A DNA stretch of 18,198 nt from Candidatus Hodarchaeum mangrovi (GCA_016839515.1 JAEOUE010000072.1:1-18198); one strand, 5' to 3'; shown: positions 7,752 to 16,346, numbered from the stretch's first letter. A program made the numbers and translations. The notes: generated by a model not told the origin, from the letters alone.

Positions 7752-8345
7752 ATGCTCCAAAACCTATTTGAGACAAATGATCATTTATTTAAAGTATGTC
7801 TCATTGGTGATGGGGGAACGGGAAAAAGCTCCATTGTAGAGCGTTTCCTTGGGAAGGGATTTAGTATTGGTTATAACTTAACAATTGGTACAAATATCTG
7901 TACCCATACCGCAACGGTAGATGATCGGGAAATAAAATTTCAAATCTGGGATCTAGCAGGCCAACAACGATTTGAGTTTGTTCGTAGCACATTTTATCGT
8001 GGATCACAGGCAATAATGATGGTATTTGATCTGACACGACCCGAAACCCTTAAAAATCTACGCGAATGGAAACAAGAAGTTCTCAAAAATATTGGTTATA
8101 GTGTCCCTTTCCCTGTTGTCCTTCTAGGAAATAAGTGTGATCTCCAGCAAAAAATAGTTATAACTCAAGAAGAAATAACAAAATTCCGCAATGAATTACG
8201 GATCGATTTTCGTTGTGATGTACCTTTTCTTCTCACATCTGCTCTTTCTGGAATGAATGTCTATGAAGCATTTGAAATTTTGGGGTACCAAGTACTTCAA
8301 CACCGACAAATTATGCCTCCTACAAAAGTCGTAACCAATTGCTAG
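7752..8345 (+). CDS. Ras-superfamily small GTPase, Rab/Ran-like
   Basis: G1 GDGGTGKS, G2 YNLTIG, G3 WDLAGQ, G4 GNKCD, G5 TSAL, and RabF-like KFQIW, FYRGS, MVFDLT. Start is ATG 7752 or GTG 7743. Confidence 0.95.
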   Translation: MLQNLFETNDHLFKVCLIGDGGTGKSSIVERFLGKGFSIGYNLTIGTNICTHTATVDDREIKFQIWDLAGQQRFEFVRSTFYRGSQAIMMVFDLTRPETLKNLREWKQEVLKNIGYSVPFPVVLLGNKCDLQQKIVITQEEITKFRNELRIDFRCDVPFLLTSALSGMNVYEAFEILGYQVLQHRQIMPPTKVVTNC

Positions 8346-8463
8346 AATAATATCTATTCACTTGAAATAGCAAAGAATTAGGTAACAAATATATCATAAA
8401 CCAATCATGTTTTCTATTTTTTCCCTGAGTAAAATTTATCTAAAATTAAGAAAACTTTCATCT

Positions 8464-9243
8464 ATGAGCTTTGAAATTATTGATGTGAACTCAAAAAATT
8501 TGGATAAGGTTGGCCTCTTCTGTAAACAATCTCAAAAAAAAGAGGAAGGGTATCAAAATAAAATCACATGGATCAAGGAAAGATTTCCCGAGGGATTGAA
8601 ATATAAAATTCTGAAAGTTAAAGAAAAGACCAAGTACTCTTTTCGGGGATTTATTGAATATATACCCAGTAAATATAATTGGAGGGGAATAAATGCAGAT
8701 TATTTCATGGTAATTCACTGTTTATGGATTGTTGGTCAACATAAGGGTAAAGGATATGCAACTACAATGATCCAACTTGCAATTGATGACGCTGTTGCTT
8801 TAGGTATGAATGGAGTTATTGGTATGACTGCTGAAAAAGGCGGATGGCTACCAAATAAGAGAATTTTCGAAAAAATGGGTTTTCAGCATGTAGATCAATT
8901 TGATGAAAATATTGGCCTTTATGCTAAATTTCTGAACAATTCTGCTCCCAAACCCTCTTTTTATCCGATTGATAATGACTATTCTAAAAAATATAGTAAA
9001 GGAATCTTTGTTGCATATTCTCATCAATGTCCTTATATCCCTGCATTGATTGAAGATATTAAAGAGTTTGCTAGGAATAACACAGTGTCATTTCAATCTA
9101 AATTGATAAATTCTGCTTCTGAAGCACAACATAATGCGATTCATCCCTATGGGACTTATGGAATCCTCTTGAATGGGAAATTAATTTCTTACAAGCCTGG
9201 AATGCGCAAGAAAACAGTTGAAACATTACAGTCAATGACTTAG
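8464..9243 (+). CDS. GNAT N-acetyltransferase with C-terminal YoaP-like (thioredoxin-like) domain
   Basis: GFIEYIP, IHCLWI, acetyl-CoA motif A HKGKGYA, FEKMGF; C-terminal HQCPY and HPYGTYGILLNGKLIS as in YoaP-family proteins. ATG 8464 is likelier than 8407. Confidence 0.85.
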   Translation: MSFEIIDVNSKNLDKVGLFCKQSQKKEEGYQNKITWIKERFPEGLKYKILKVKEKTKYSFRGFIEYIPSKYNWRGINADYFMVIHCLWIVGQHKGKGYATTMIQLAIDDAVALGMNGVIGMTAEKGGWLPNKRIFEKMGFQHVDQFDENIGLYAKFLNNSAPKPSFYPIDNDYSKKYSKGIFVAYSHQCPYIPALIEDIKEFARNNTVSFQSKLINSASEAQHNAIHPYGTYGILLNGKLISYKPGMRKKTVETLQSMT

Positions 9244-9375
9244 TGCTTAACTCAATTCAGAGTACTATAGACACTAACTTTTTCCCTACCTACTTACAAG
9301 TATTCCCAGATAATATTTTTAATCCAAAAATTGAGATTGAATTATCCGTTTCAAAATAGAAAGGAGTTCAAAAAC

Positions 9376-10035
9376 GTGTTAGAAGATCCTATTACCATAG
9401 GTTTATTGTTAATTACAGGTATTGTCGCTCTTTTACTAACCCTTTTATTGTTTAAAAAGTTTTTAGAACTAAAACGTCTTAATCATTTATTTTGGGCCAT
9501 TAGTTTTCTTGTACTCTTTATCTCTGGAGTATTAATTATCCTCCTTGGATTTGAAGTTTTGGAAGAAGATCTAGTTCCTGTTGTTGCTGCTTTAATTCCA
9601 GTTTGTTTAGCTATTGGACTTTATAATGTAGAATGGGCTGATAAGAAGTATTGGTTATATTATACGATTTATTCTGTTGTCCTTATCGTATTATTAACTC
9701 TAGCCAGAACAGATATTTTCCTACCTGATATGAAAACGATGATTTTATTGCTTACACATATCCCAGCGGGATTATCTATTGTAATCATCCCCTTGTATAC
9801 TGCATTTATATCAAAAAGTACTGAATGGACTTCAGTTTTCTTTTCAATTGGAGGATTATTAATTTCAATTGGTGGGGTTTTGTTAGCTTTTCTGAAGGTT
9901 GAATCCTTAACCCCCATATTAAGTCAAGCGGAAATTTTCGGTATTTTACCCCTTTTACTCTTAATTGTCAGTGTTTTTTTCGTTCTTGGTATTGGCCTTC
10001 CTTCTAAATGGAAAATAGATATCCCATTTCTTTAA
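9376..10035 (+). CDS. Uncharacterised 7-TM integral membrane protein
   Basis: Seven hydrophobic segments with short loops. GTG 9376 is preceded by an AAGGAG SD at 9361-9366 (the ORF track starts at 9331). Confidence 0.8.
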   Translation: MLEDPITIGLLLITGIVALLLTLLLFKKFLELKRLNHLFWAISFLVLFISGVLIILLGFEVLEEDLVPVVAALIPVCLAIGLYNVEWADKKYWLYYTIYSVVLIVLLTLARTDIFLPDMKTMILLLTHIPAGLSIVIIPLYTAFISKSTEWTSVFFSIGGLLISIGGVLLAFLKVESLTPILSQAEIFGILPLLLLIVSVFFVLGIGLPSKWKIDIPFL

Positions 10036-10036
10036 T

Positions 10037-10073
10037 TCCTCTTGTTGTACAACAAGAGGATTTCTTTTTTTTT
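10037..10073 (+). terminator. Perfect 24-bp palindrome plus T-tract, intrinsic terminator-like element
   Basis: TCCTCTTGTTGT|ACAACAAGAGGA at 10037-10060 followed by tttcttttttttt; lies between convergent genes. Confidence 0.75.
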
Positions 10074-10085
10074 CATTTAAATTTA

Positions 10086-10967
10086 CTATTCAGGTACCCA
10101 AGAGATTAAATAATTAAGATTTTCATAGTTAGGAAGTTCATTTAAGAACCGCCAACTTCCTTTCAATCTTAATGACTGGACTGTAAGATCAAAATGACAT
10201 ACTGCGATCCCTAAATCAATACGGGGAAAATCGGGCCATCTAGCTAATTTATGAGTGCGTTTTTTGCTACTTTCAACAAAAAAATGAAAATTTTCTGTTT
10301 CAGAACTATATAAAATACGCCAAGGTTGTCTATTTGATGCTGAGGGTGCTAATCTCACCATTTCAAGTGGTTTAAAAAAAATCTCCGAAAAATCAGGTTG
10401 TAATGGTTTTTTCCATGAATCCTTGAAAAATAATTCTGAAAAGGATTTCCTTTTAGCTCCCTGAGCAGCCCATCTAATAATCTTGCTTCTAAGGCTTGGG
10501 TCCTGAGCTGGGATACCAATAGGGGCAATTGCAGGAATTGTTTCATCTTCTAATAAATGGATAATTAAAGCAAATGAAGCACGGTGAAATGTCCCTCCCA
10601 ACCAACAAGAACCTAATCCAAGGTATGTAGAATATAGAATTAAATTTTCGAATGTATACCCTAGATGCTCGTGATCAAAATCCATTTGAGTCATAATCCC
10701 AATCAAAAAAGTATGTGCACCTTGAATAAATCCGTATGTACCTAATTTCCCTCGTATTAATTCAGAAAATTTTTCTAATTCAATAAGTTCGAATCTAGAT
10801 CCCAACTTCGAGAAGGGGCTATATTTATTTATCTTAAAGAAATTTAACAGTTGATATTGTGCCTCAGAGGTAATTTTCGTGTTGGAAAAGGATCTACAAG
10901 ACATCCGTCGTTTTATTGATGATTCAATTGTGTTAAGAAAATCTTCTGGAATAAATACTTGTACCAC
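10086..10967 (-). CDS. Nitroreductase-family flavoprotein (duplicated-domain, TM1586-like)
   Basis: IKRRMSCRSF FMN-binding motif, LGTYGFI, LGLGSCWLGGTF, second-domain VRLAPSASNRQPW and IDLGIAVCHF. Confidence 0.9.
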   Translation of the reverse strand: MVQVFIPEDFLNTIESSIKRRMSCRSFSNTKITSEAQYQLLNFFKINKYSPFSKLGSRFELIELEKFSELIRGKLGTYGFIQGAHTFLIGIMTQMDFDHEHLGYTFENLILYSTYLGLGSCWLGGTFHRASFALIIHLLEDETIPAIAPIGIPAQDPSLRSKIIRWAAQGAKRKSFSELFFKDSWKKPLQPDFSEIFFKPLEMVRLAPSASNRQPWRILYSSETENFHFFVESSKKRTHKLARWPDFPRIDLGIAVCHFDLTVQSLRLKGSWRFLNELPNYENLNYLISWVPE

Positions 10968-10971
10968 TCTT

Positions 10972-11946
10972 CTATATTAAAATTATCAAACCGACTGCAT
11001 AACCAATTAATGAACCAATTAAAGGTAATAGAGCTGTTACACGAATGAATCCAGGTAGAGGAAAAGGATGCATTTTTTCAAGTTTTCTTAAATTTTCATA
11101 ATTTCTTAAAATAGTCAATTCATTCTCATTCTTTAAAAGTAGTTGATGAATAATTTCCTGTTGTTTGGTAATCATTGAGGTCCGAATAAAATTATACCTT
11201 CGCCAGCTCCTATAAATAGCTAAGGAGTTGGACCCAATGCCAAAACTGACTAAAATAAATAAAAAAAACATTATCACCATTGTGAAAAAGTCAAAATTGA
11301 ATAGAGCAAAAAACAATGAAACGAATGTTGCCAAAAGAAAGGGAAGGAGGAAGGAAAGAACTAGAAGTTCAAGAAGTAATGGAGGAAAACCACGGAAAAG
11401 AAAGGGAAAGAGCCATTGAATTTGGAAATCAATGGAAATTTTTTCCAAGCGAAAACTAGGTTTCTTCTTTGTATTATCAAACTTCACAAAATCTTCTATT
11501 TGGCCAGTTGTTGAAAGTCGTTTAATTAAATTCGATGTTTGATCATGAAAAGTAGACCAATTTTCCTTGGTTAAAAAATAATTAAAGCTTAGATATCCAA
11601 TAGCTAAGATCTGGCCTAATATTGAAGCATACATTGAAGTAACAATTAATAATGAAAAAAAGGGATTCTGAAGTTCAGTAGGACCAACCAGAACTCCATC
11701 GATGAAAAACCGGACACTAAAATCAATAGCATTGAGGATTGTATAAATTAATGCTATAATAATAGCAATAATCCCAATAATTGCATACAACCGCTGTTTT
11801 ATCGGTCTTGGATGGTCAAATTTTTGTCTTGCTATTGTTAAATAGTCAAGAAATGATTCATTCTCAGGATTGAATGATATTTTGTCCGAAATCAACCAAT
11901 AGATGTCTTTTATTGGAATTTCACGATCTGAATGCACACCAATCAC
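10972..11946 (-). CDS. Hypothetical polytopic membrane protein (about 5 TM)
   Basis: 324 aa: two TM hairpins separated by a soluble loop, a coiled segment and a C-terminal TM. Only 4 nt upstream of the nitroreductase start. Confidence 0.8.
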   Translation of the reverse strand: MIGVHSDREIPIKDIYWLISDKISFNPENESFLDYLTIARQKFDHPRPIKQRLYAIIGIIAIIIALIYTILNAIDFSVRFFIDGVLVGPTELQNPFFSLLIVTSMYASILGQILAIGYLSFNYFLTKENWSTFHDQTSNLIKRLSTTGQIEDFVKFDNTKKKPSFRLEKISIDFQIQWLFPFLFRGFPPLLLELLVLSFLLPFLLATFVSLFFALFNFDFFTMVIMFFLFILVSFGIGSNSLAIYRSWRRYNFIRTSMITKQQEIIHQLLLKNENELTILRNYENLRKLEKMHPFPLPGFIRVTALLPLIGSLIGYAVGLIILI

Positions 11947-12097
11947 TCATAACAAAGAATAAATTGCATCATATAAAATTAATGTTTCTTCAATTTCTAG
12001 TAAATTCTCTGATTAGATTTTATTTGATTAACTATTGTTTATCTTATTCAATTAGTTTTTTGAACCTTTAGTTACATTAAATGCATAGAATAAAAAA

Positions 12098-12976
12098 GTG
12101 ATAATTATGAGAATCATTAGTCAAAAATTCATTGGATCATTCTTAATAATTGGACTGATCTTATTAATGAGTTTGTCTCAACAAGCTACAGGGATGATAA
12201 AAAATACATCTGATGATCCAAACACCCCTTATATAAGTCTTCCAGTCAATCCTTACCACTTTACATTTGGCGCTAGGATTGGTGACTCTATTATCTTAAG
12301 ATTGACTGATGCTTATAATCTCACATCAGGTCAAATAACAGAACTGGGGGATACAATGAATTATACATTAATTTTGCATACTGATTTGGAACTGAAATTC
12401 TATGAAACAATAATTAAAGCAAATGGAACTATATTATCAAATAACTGGTATAACCTGACAAAAGATCAAATAAGTATACCTTATTTCTTTACTACTACAA
12501 ATGTCACCTTAATTCTTGAAACTTTTGCTAATACATCATGGAAACTAATTCTAAACTCAACTTGTATTCATTTCCATAAAATTGCAGAAAATTATACTTC
12601 TTTTAGTCGAATGTATATTGATTATATTTTCGATATCGCTACTGGCTGGCTTCTTTGGCTACGACAAGATATAGAACATCATGATGGAACAATTCTGTCT
12701 AAAATGGAATTAACAGGAGTTATTGTAAGCTCTATTATTCCTACAACATCAACAAATCCACCAACTACAACATCCCCTACAACAACATCTCCTATAATAA
12801 CATCCCCTACAACCAGTAATCCGGATAATGTTTCTACTTCAAACTCAACCATTGAAACAAAATCGGAGGAACAAAGATCAGAACCAACAATTAATCTGAC
12901 TTATGGATGGAGTTATTTAAGTGCTTTTATCGTCATTGGATTCATTCTTCTTCGTAGAAAATACTTCTATAAATAA
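12098..12976 (+). CDS. Secreted/surface glycoprotein with Thr/Ser/Pro linker and C-terminal CTERM-type anchor
   Basis: Signal-peptide-like N-terminus (start may be ATG 12107), 12 N-x-S/T sequons by my count, PTTTS repeats, and C-terminal TYGW + TM + RRK. Confidence 0.85.
   Translation: MIIMRIISQKFIGSFLIIGLILLMSLSQQATGMIKNTSDDPNTPYISLPVNPYHFTFGARIGDSIILRLTDAYNLTSGQITELGDTMNYTLILHTDLELKFYETIIKANGTILSNNWYNLTKDQISIPYFFTTTNVTLILETFANTSWKLILNSTCIHFHKIAENYTSFSRMYIDYIFDIATGWLLWLRQDIEHHDGTILSKMELTGVIVSSIIPTTSTNPPTTTSPTTTSPIITSPTTSNPDNVSTSNSTIETKSEEQRSEPTINLTYGWSYLSAFIVIGFILLRRKYFYK
12761..12817 (+). repeat. Imperfect 15-bp coding tandem repeat (PTTTS/PTTTS/PIITS/PTTS)
   Basis: ccaactacaacatcc cctacaacaacatct cctataataacatcc cctacaaccagt; a partial earlier copy lies at 12740-12751. 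Confidence 0.8.
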
Positions 12977-12996
12977 CTCCATTTTCTTTTTTCTTT

Positions 12997-15900
12997 TCAA
13001 ATCTCGACTTCAAAATTTTGTAAATCACGAAGATTGGATTGAGTAAAAGGTTCAATGCTTGAAAGATCTTTCGTAATTAAATAGAGTGTATCAACTTTTA
13101 AAGATGTGTTACCTACGACTTTTAAGTTATTAATTGTTGTTACAAATGAAAAAAATGTCAAATTTGGAGCGTATGTAGCAATAGCTTCATGAAATTGTCT
13201 TTGAGGAAGAACTGCGCCTATAAAATGGTTTGAATCTCGTTTTCTAAAAGCAGCCCAAGTTCCAAGAGGATCCCTTTCTAACCAGACATTACTTTCATAC
13301 TCTTGAAGATGATAGGAAGCTAGTTGCCCATCTACATTAATATAATAATAATCATATATAGAATTCGATGTTTTTATATCACAGCGAACCTGTAAGAAAC
13401 ATTTTCGAGGTACTGAGGAATGATTCTTGATACAGGATGATACTAACAAAAAAGGTGATTCGGGTAACGTTAAATATTCTGTTTTTACCTGTAAACCTTT
13501 AATTTTGTTACTATAAGTTATGATATTGCTCTCAAATCCAATACCTGTCCATTTCCCTAAAGAAGCTTTATAACCTTGCCATTTTAATGTGTTATAATCG
13601 ACTTCATCTTGGCTATTTGGTGGTCTAAGGATACTCCCAATTCCTCCAAAAAAAAGATTCCACCAAAGATAAGGTTTTACCTCAGGAAATGGAACTGCTC
13701 CAGTATGAAGAATATTTTTGTCAGAATTTTTTAGAACAAGGGAAAAGAGTTGTCCTCTATAGTTTTCACTGCCACAGAATGTCAAATATCCATTTGATAC
13801 TTCAAAGTAATTATCTTTTTGAAAAATTTTGACATTCTTGGAGCTGTTATAGAATCCAAGTGATAATGGATAGTTGTAAACCCGTGTTAAAGAATCAAAA
13901 ACAAGATTTCCTGAAATTATTTCATCATACTTCGGGGTGATATGAAGAGGTAATTTCCATTCATTAGTTTTAAGTTCAGGTAAATTAACCGATGAAGGAT
14001 TTAATCTACTTTCTAAATTAGAAAAATTGATTATACCCTTTAGAACAGTGTCTTTTTGTGTTTTGATCTTAAGAGCTAATTCTGGATTAGCTGCATCAAT
14101 AATAAGTCCACGAGATATATTCTCTCCATTTGAGGGAGAAACAAGCCCAAGTTCTTTCGCAGATTTTAATAAGATGCCCCGTTTAAGTTTATTCTGAGGA
14201 GAAGGATTAAAATGATTACACCAAGCTTTTTGTACTTCTTCCCAAGTACTTTTAAAGCTATAAATAATAGGAGAAGTTTCGATAGTCTCGCCTGGACTTA
14301 ATTCAGAGATTTTGTGGTCAATTTTAGGATAGGTTCTGCCAATTACCACCTGATTAATTTTTTGATGATCGAAAAGTGTTCCAATAACTCCTGTTTCATA
14401 AACAGATGCTTGCCATCCTTCTTGAAGATCATTTGGATCTTTTCCAAAATCAATTGGGAATGCAAGAAATCTGAGATTAAACAACCCCTCTTTATGAGGA
14501 ATTATCCTGTTTATGGGTGGTAGCCCACCTGGCCACCAATAGGTCGAACTTTGAACTCCTAAATTCTCTTTAATCTTATTGTCCTTGTTTTCAATATACC
14601 AACTCACATATACTTCTTCTGAATCGTTAGGAAGATAAATCATTCTTGTTAAACATATACCAAAGTTTTTTTGCGACTCAGCACTTGATTGGAGGGTTAA
14701 CCCATTCTCATGTTCTAGAACCTTATGAATATGAGGCAAAGTATAAAATTCACTCCCTTCTGTATCAAATGGATAACCAAGTATATTCGCATTACCAAAA
14801 ACTTTCAACCCCCTTAATTTATCAATAATGAAAGCTTCATTCGAACCAGGTTGAGGTTTTTCAAAGACGTAAATTCTTATGTGCTTGTTTTCGATGAATA
14901 GTCTTTGATCTAGTTTATAAGTTATGGTTTTACTTTCATTGAATATTTGAATAGGAAATTGTTGGCTATAGAGGATTACACCGCTCTCTGATTTGATTGT
15001 TAATTGAATTATTTCTGCAACGGTCGAAGTTTGTTTGATTTTAATAGGTACATTGATTAAAGTATCAAACACTGGGAGTTCAACGTTATATAATTGTTGA
15101 GGAAGCTTGGTGTACTTTCCTCCTTCAACAAGAAGCTGAATATTCATTTTCTTCTTCATTGCGTTTTGAATGGCAATAGATAATTTGGTAGTGTGGTTTG
15201 GAGTTGTTGAATAATTTTCTGGTACCAATGTAGCCTTTATTGCATTAATTGGAACCTTGCCCACCTTCAAGGGGAATGTGGAACCATCAATTGTAATATC
15301 CATTGTTATTTCATTTTCGGAAAAAATATCAGGAAATTGTTTAAGATTTAATTCATCTGTATCAAAAGAAAATTTTCCATGGATCATTAATTCATAATTT
15401 TGACCTGGCATAATTTCAAAACTGAACGGGGGAAGTTTATCACTCAAAAAAATCTTTTCACTAGAATTTATTTCAACAGATAACTTCTTTAGTTTTGAGG
15501 TGTTATTTTCTACATGTAATATGACAGGAAATTCTTCATTGCCAATATATGCTTCCGAATTAGGTGTCCGTGCTTTAATCAAAAGATTTTCATGACCGTA
15601 AATAATATGAAATCCACAAATGGAGCCTATTGATCGATCAATCCACACTTTAAGTGATTGGGATCCTTCCTCAAAATAGTACTCGTAACAAAGCATTTGT
15701 TCTTCGTATTCATTATTCGGTTCTTGATCAATAACTGGCTTAAAAGCCTCATACCAAGATCTATCCAAATTTGTGAAAAATTCTGTAAAGTATGTGTAAT
15801 TAAGAATTTGAGGGATATAATTTTCCATATAAACCCCAGTATCGGGACGCCATTTGTACCCTTGGCGTTTATAAAATGGTAATGCTTTCAGATTCCCTGA

Positions 15901-16341
15901 CCAGGTATGAAGTGTAATTAATTTAGCGTTTTGTTTATAGGCATAATTTGTTGAGTGCAGAAGTAAAGCTTTACCAAGCTTCTTTCCTTGAAATGCTGGA
16001 TCGACTCCGAGTAGTTGCACATAATAAGCACCTGGAATGTTCCATGTTTTTCCAACAAACGAGACTCCAGCTATTATTTTCGGATCATCAGGAGGGTGGA
16101 CAATAAAATGACTTTCGATATCTAAATATTCCATATCTTTAGCTAAAAATTCCCCTGTAAAAACTAATGCTCCTCCAAACCCTTCAGGCCATGATTTAGG
16201 ATCCTTAAAAGAATTAAAACAACGAGCAAGGGCATTAAAATCCTTTCTCGTTTTTGTTAAAATTCTTACAAGCGTACTGTATTCTTGTGGAAAGGCAATA
16301 GAGTCATATTTATTGGATTGGTTAATCATCTCTTTGGTCAT
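12997..16341 (-). CDS. Large multidomain protein: N-terminal GNAT acetyltransferase plus long beta-rich C-terminal region
   Basis: YVQLLGVDPAFQGKKLGKALL (motif A) and LHTWSGNLKALPFYKRQGY (motif B) lie in the first ~170 aa. The remaining ~900 aa are beta-rich, with Ig-like and supersandwich-like patterns. Confidence 0.85.
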   Translation of the reverse strand: MTKEMINQSNKYDSIAFPQEYSTLVRILTKTRKDFNALARCFNSFKDPKSWPEGFGGALVFTGEFLAKDMEYLDIESHFIVHPPDDPKIIAGVSFVGKTWNIPGAYYVQLLGVDPAFQGKKLGKALLLHSTNYAYKQNAKLITLHTWSGNLKALPFYKRQGYKWRPDTGVYMENYIPQILNYTYFTEFFTNLDRSWYEAFKPVIDQEPNNEYEEQMLCYEYYFEEGSQSLKVWIDRSIGSICGFHIIYGHENLLIKARTPNSEAYIGNEEFPVILHVENNTSKLKKLSVEINSSEKIFLSDKLPPFSFEIMPGQNYELMIHGKFSFDTDELNLKQFPDIFSENEITMDITIDGSTFPLKVGKVPINAIKATLVPENYSTTPNHTTKLSIAIQNAMKKKMNIQLLVEGGKYTKLPQQLYNVELPVFDTLINVPIKIKQTSTVAEIIQLTIKSESGVILYSQQFPIQIFNESKTITYKLDQRLFIENKHIRIYVFEKPQPGSNEAFIIDKLRGLKVFGNANILGYPFDTEGSEFYTLPHIHKVLEHENGLTLQSSAESQKNFGICLTRMIYLPNDSEEVYVSWYIENKDNKIKENLGVQSSTYWWPGGLPPINRIIPHKEGLFNLRFLAFPIDFGKDPNDLQEGWQASVYETGVIGTLFDHQKINQVVIGRTYPKIDHKISELSPGETIETSPIIYSFKSTWEEVQKAWCNHFNPSPQNKLKRGILLKSAKELGLVSPSNGENISRGLIIDAANPELALKIKTQKDTVLKGIINFSNLESRLNPSSVNLPELKTNEWKLPLHITPKYDEIISGNLVFDSLTRVYNYPLSLGFYNSSKNVKIFQKDNYFEVSNGYLTFCGSENYRGQLFSLVLKNSDKNILHTGAVPFPEVKPYLWWNLFFGGIGSILRPPNSQDEVDYNTLKWQGYKASLGKWTGIGFESNIITYSNKIKGLQVKTEYLTLPESPFLLVSSCIKNHSSVPRKCFLQVRCDIKTSNSIYDYYYINVDGQLASYHLQEYESNVWLERDPLGTWAAFRKRDSNHFIGAVLPQRQFHEAIATYAPNLTFFSFVTTINNLKVVGNTSLKVDTLYLITKDLSSIEPFTQSNLRDLQNFEVEI

Positions 16342-16346
16342 AATAA

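Noticed and set aside
9376-10035. Rhodopsin (heliorhodopsin/schizorhodopsin) identity for the 7-TM protein
   Set aside because: No retinal-binding Lys in helix 7 and no RYxxW/RWxxY-type helix 3 motif.
8491-12071. Short ORFs 8491-8718, 9669-9917, 10355-10546, 11228-11419 and 11874-12071
   Set aside because: They overlap better-supported genes. The Lys/Arg-rich 11228-11419 is the antisense reading of Phe/Leu-rich TM codons.
14314-15882. Plus-strand ORFs 14314-14523, 14646-14828 and 15658-15882
   Set aside because: Antisense shadows inside the 1114-aa gene.
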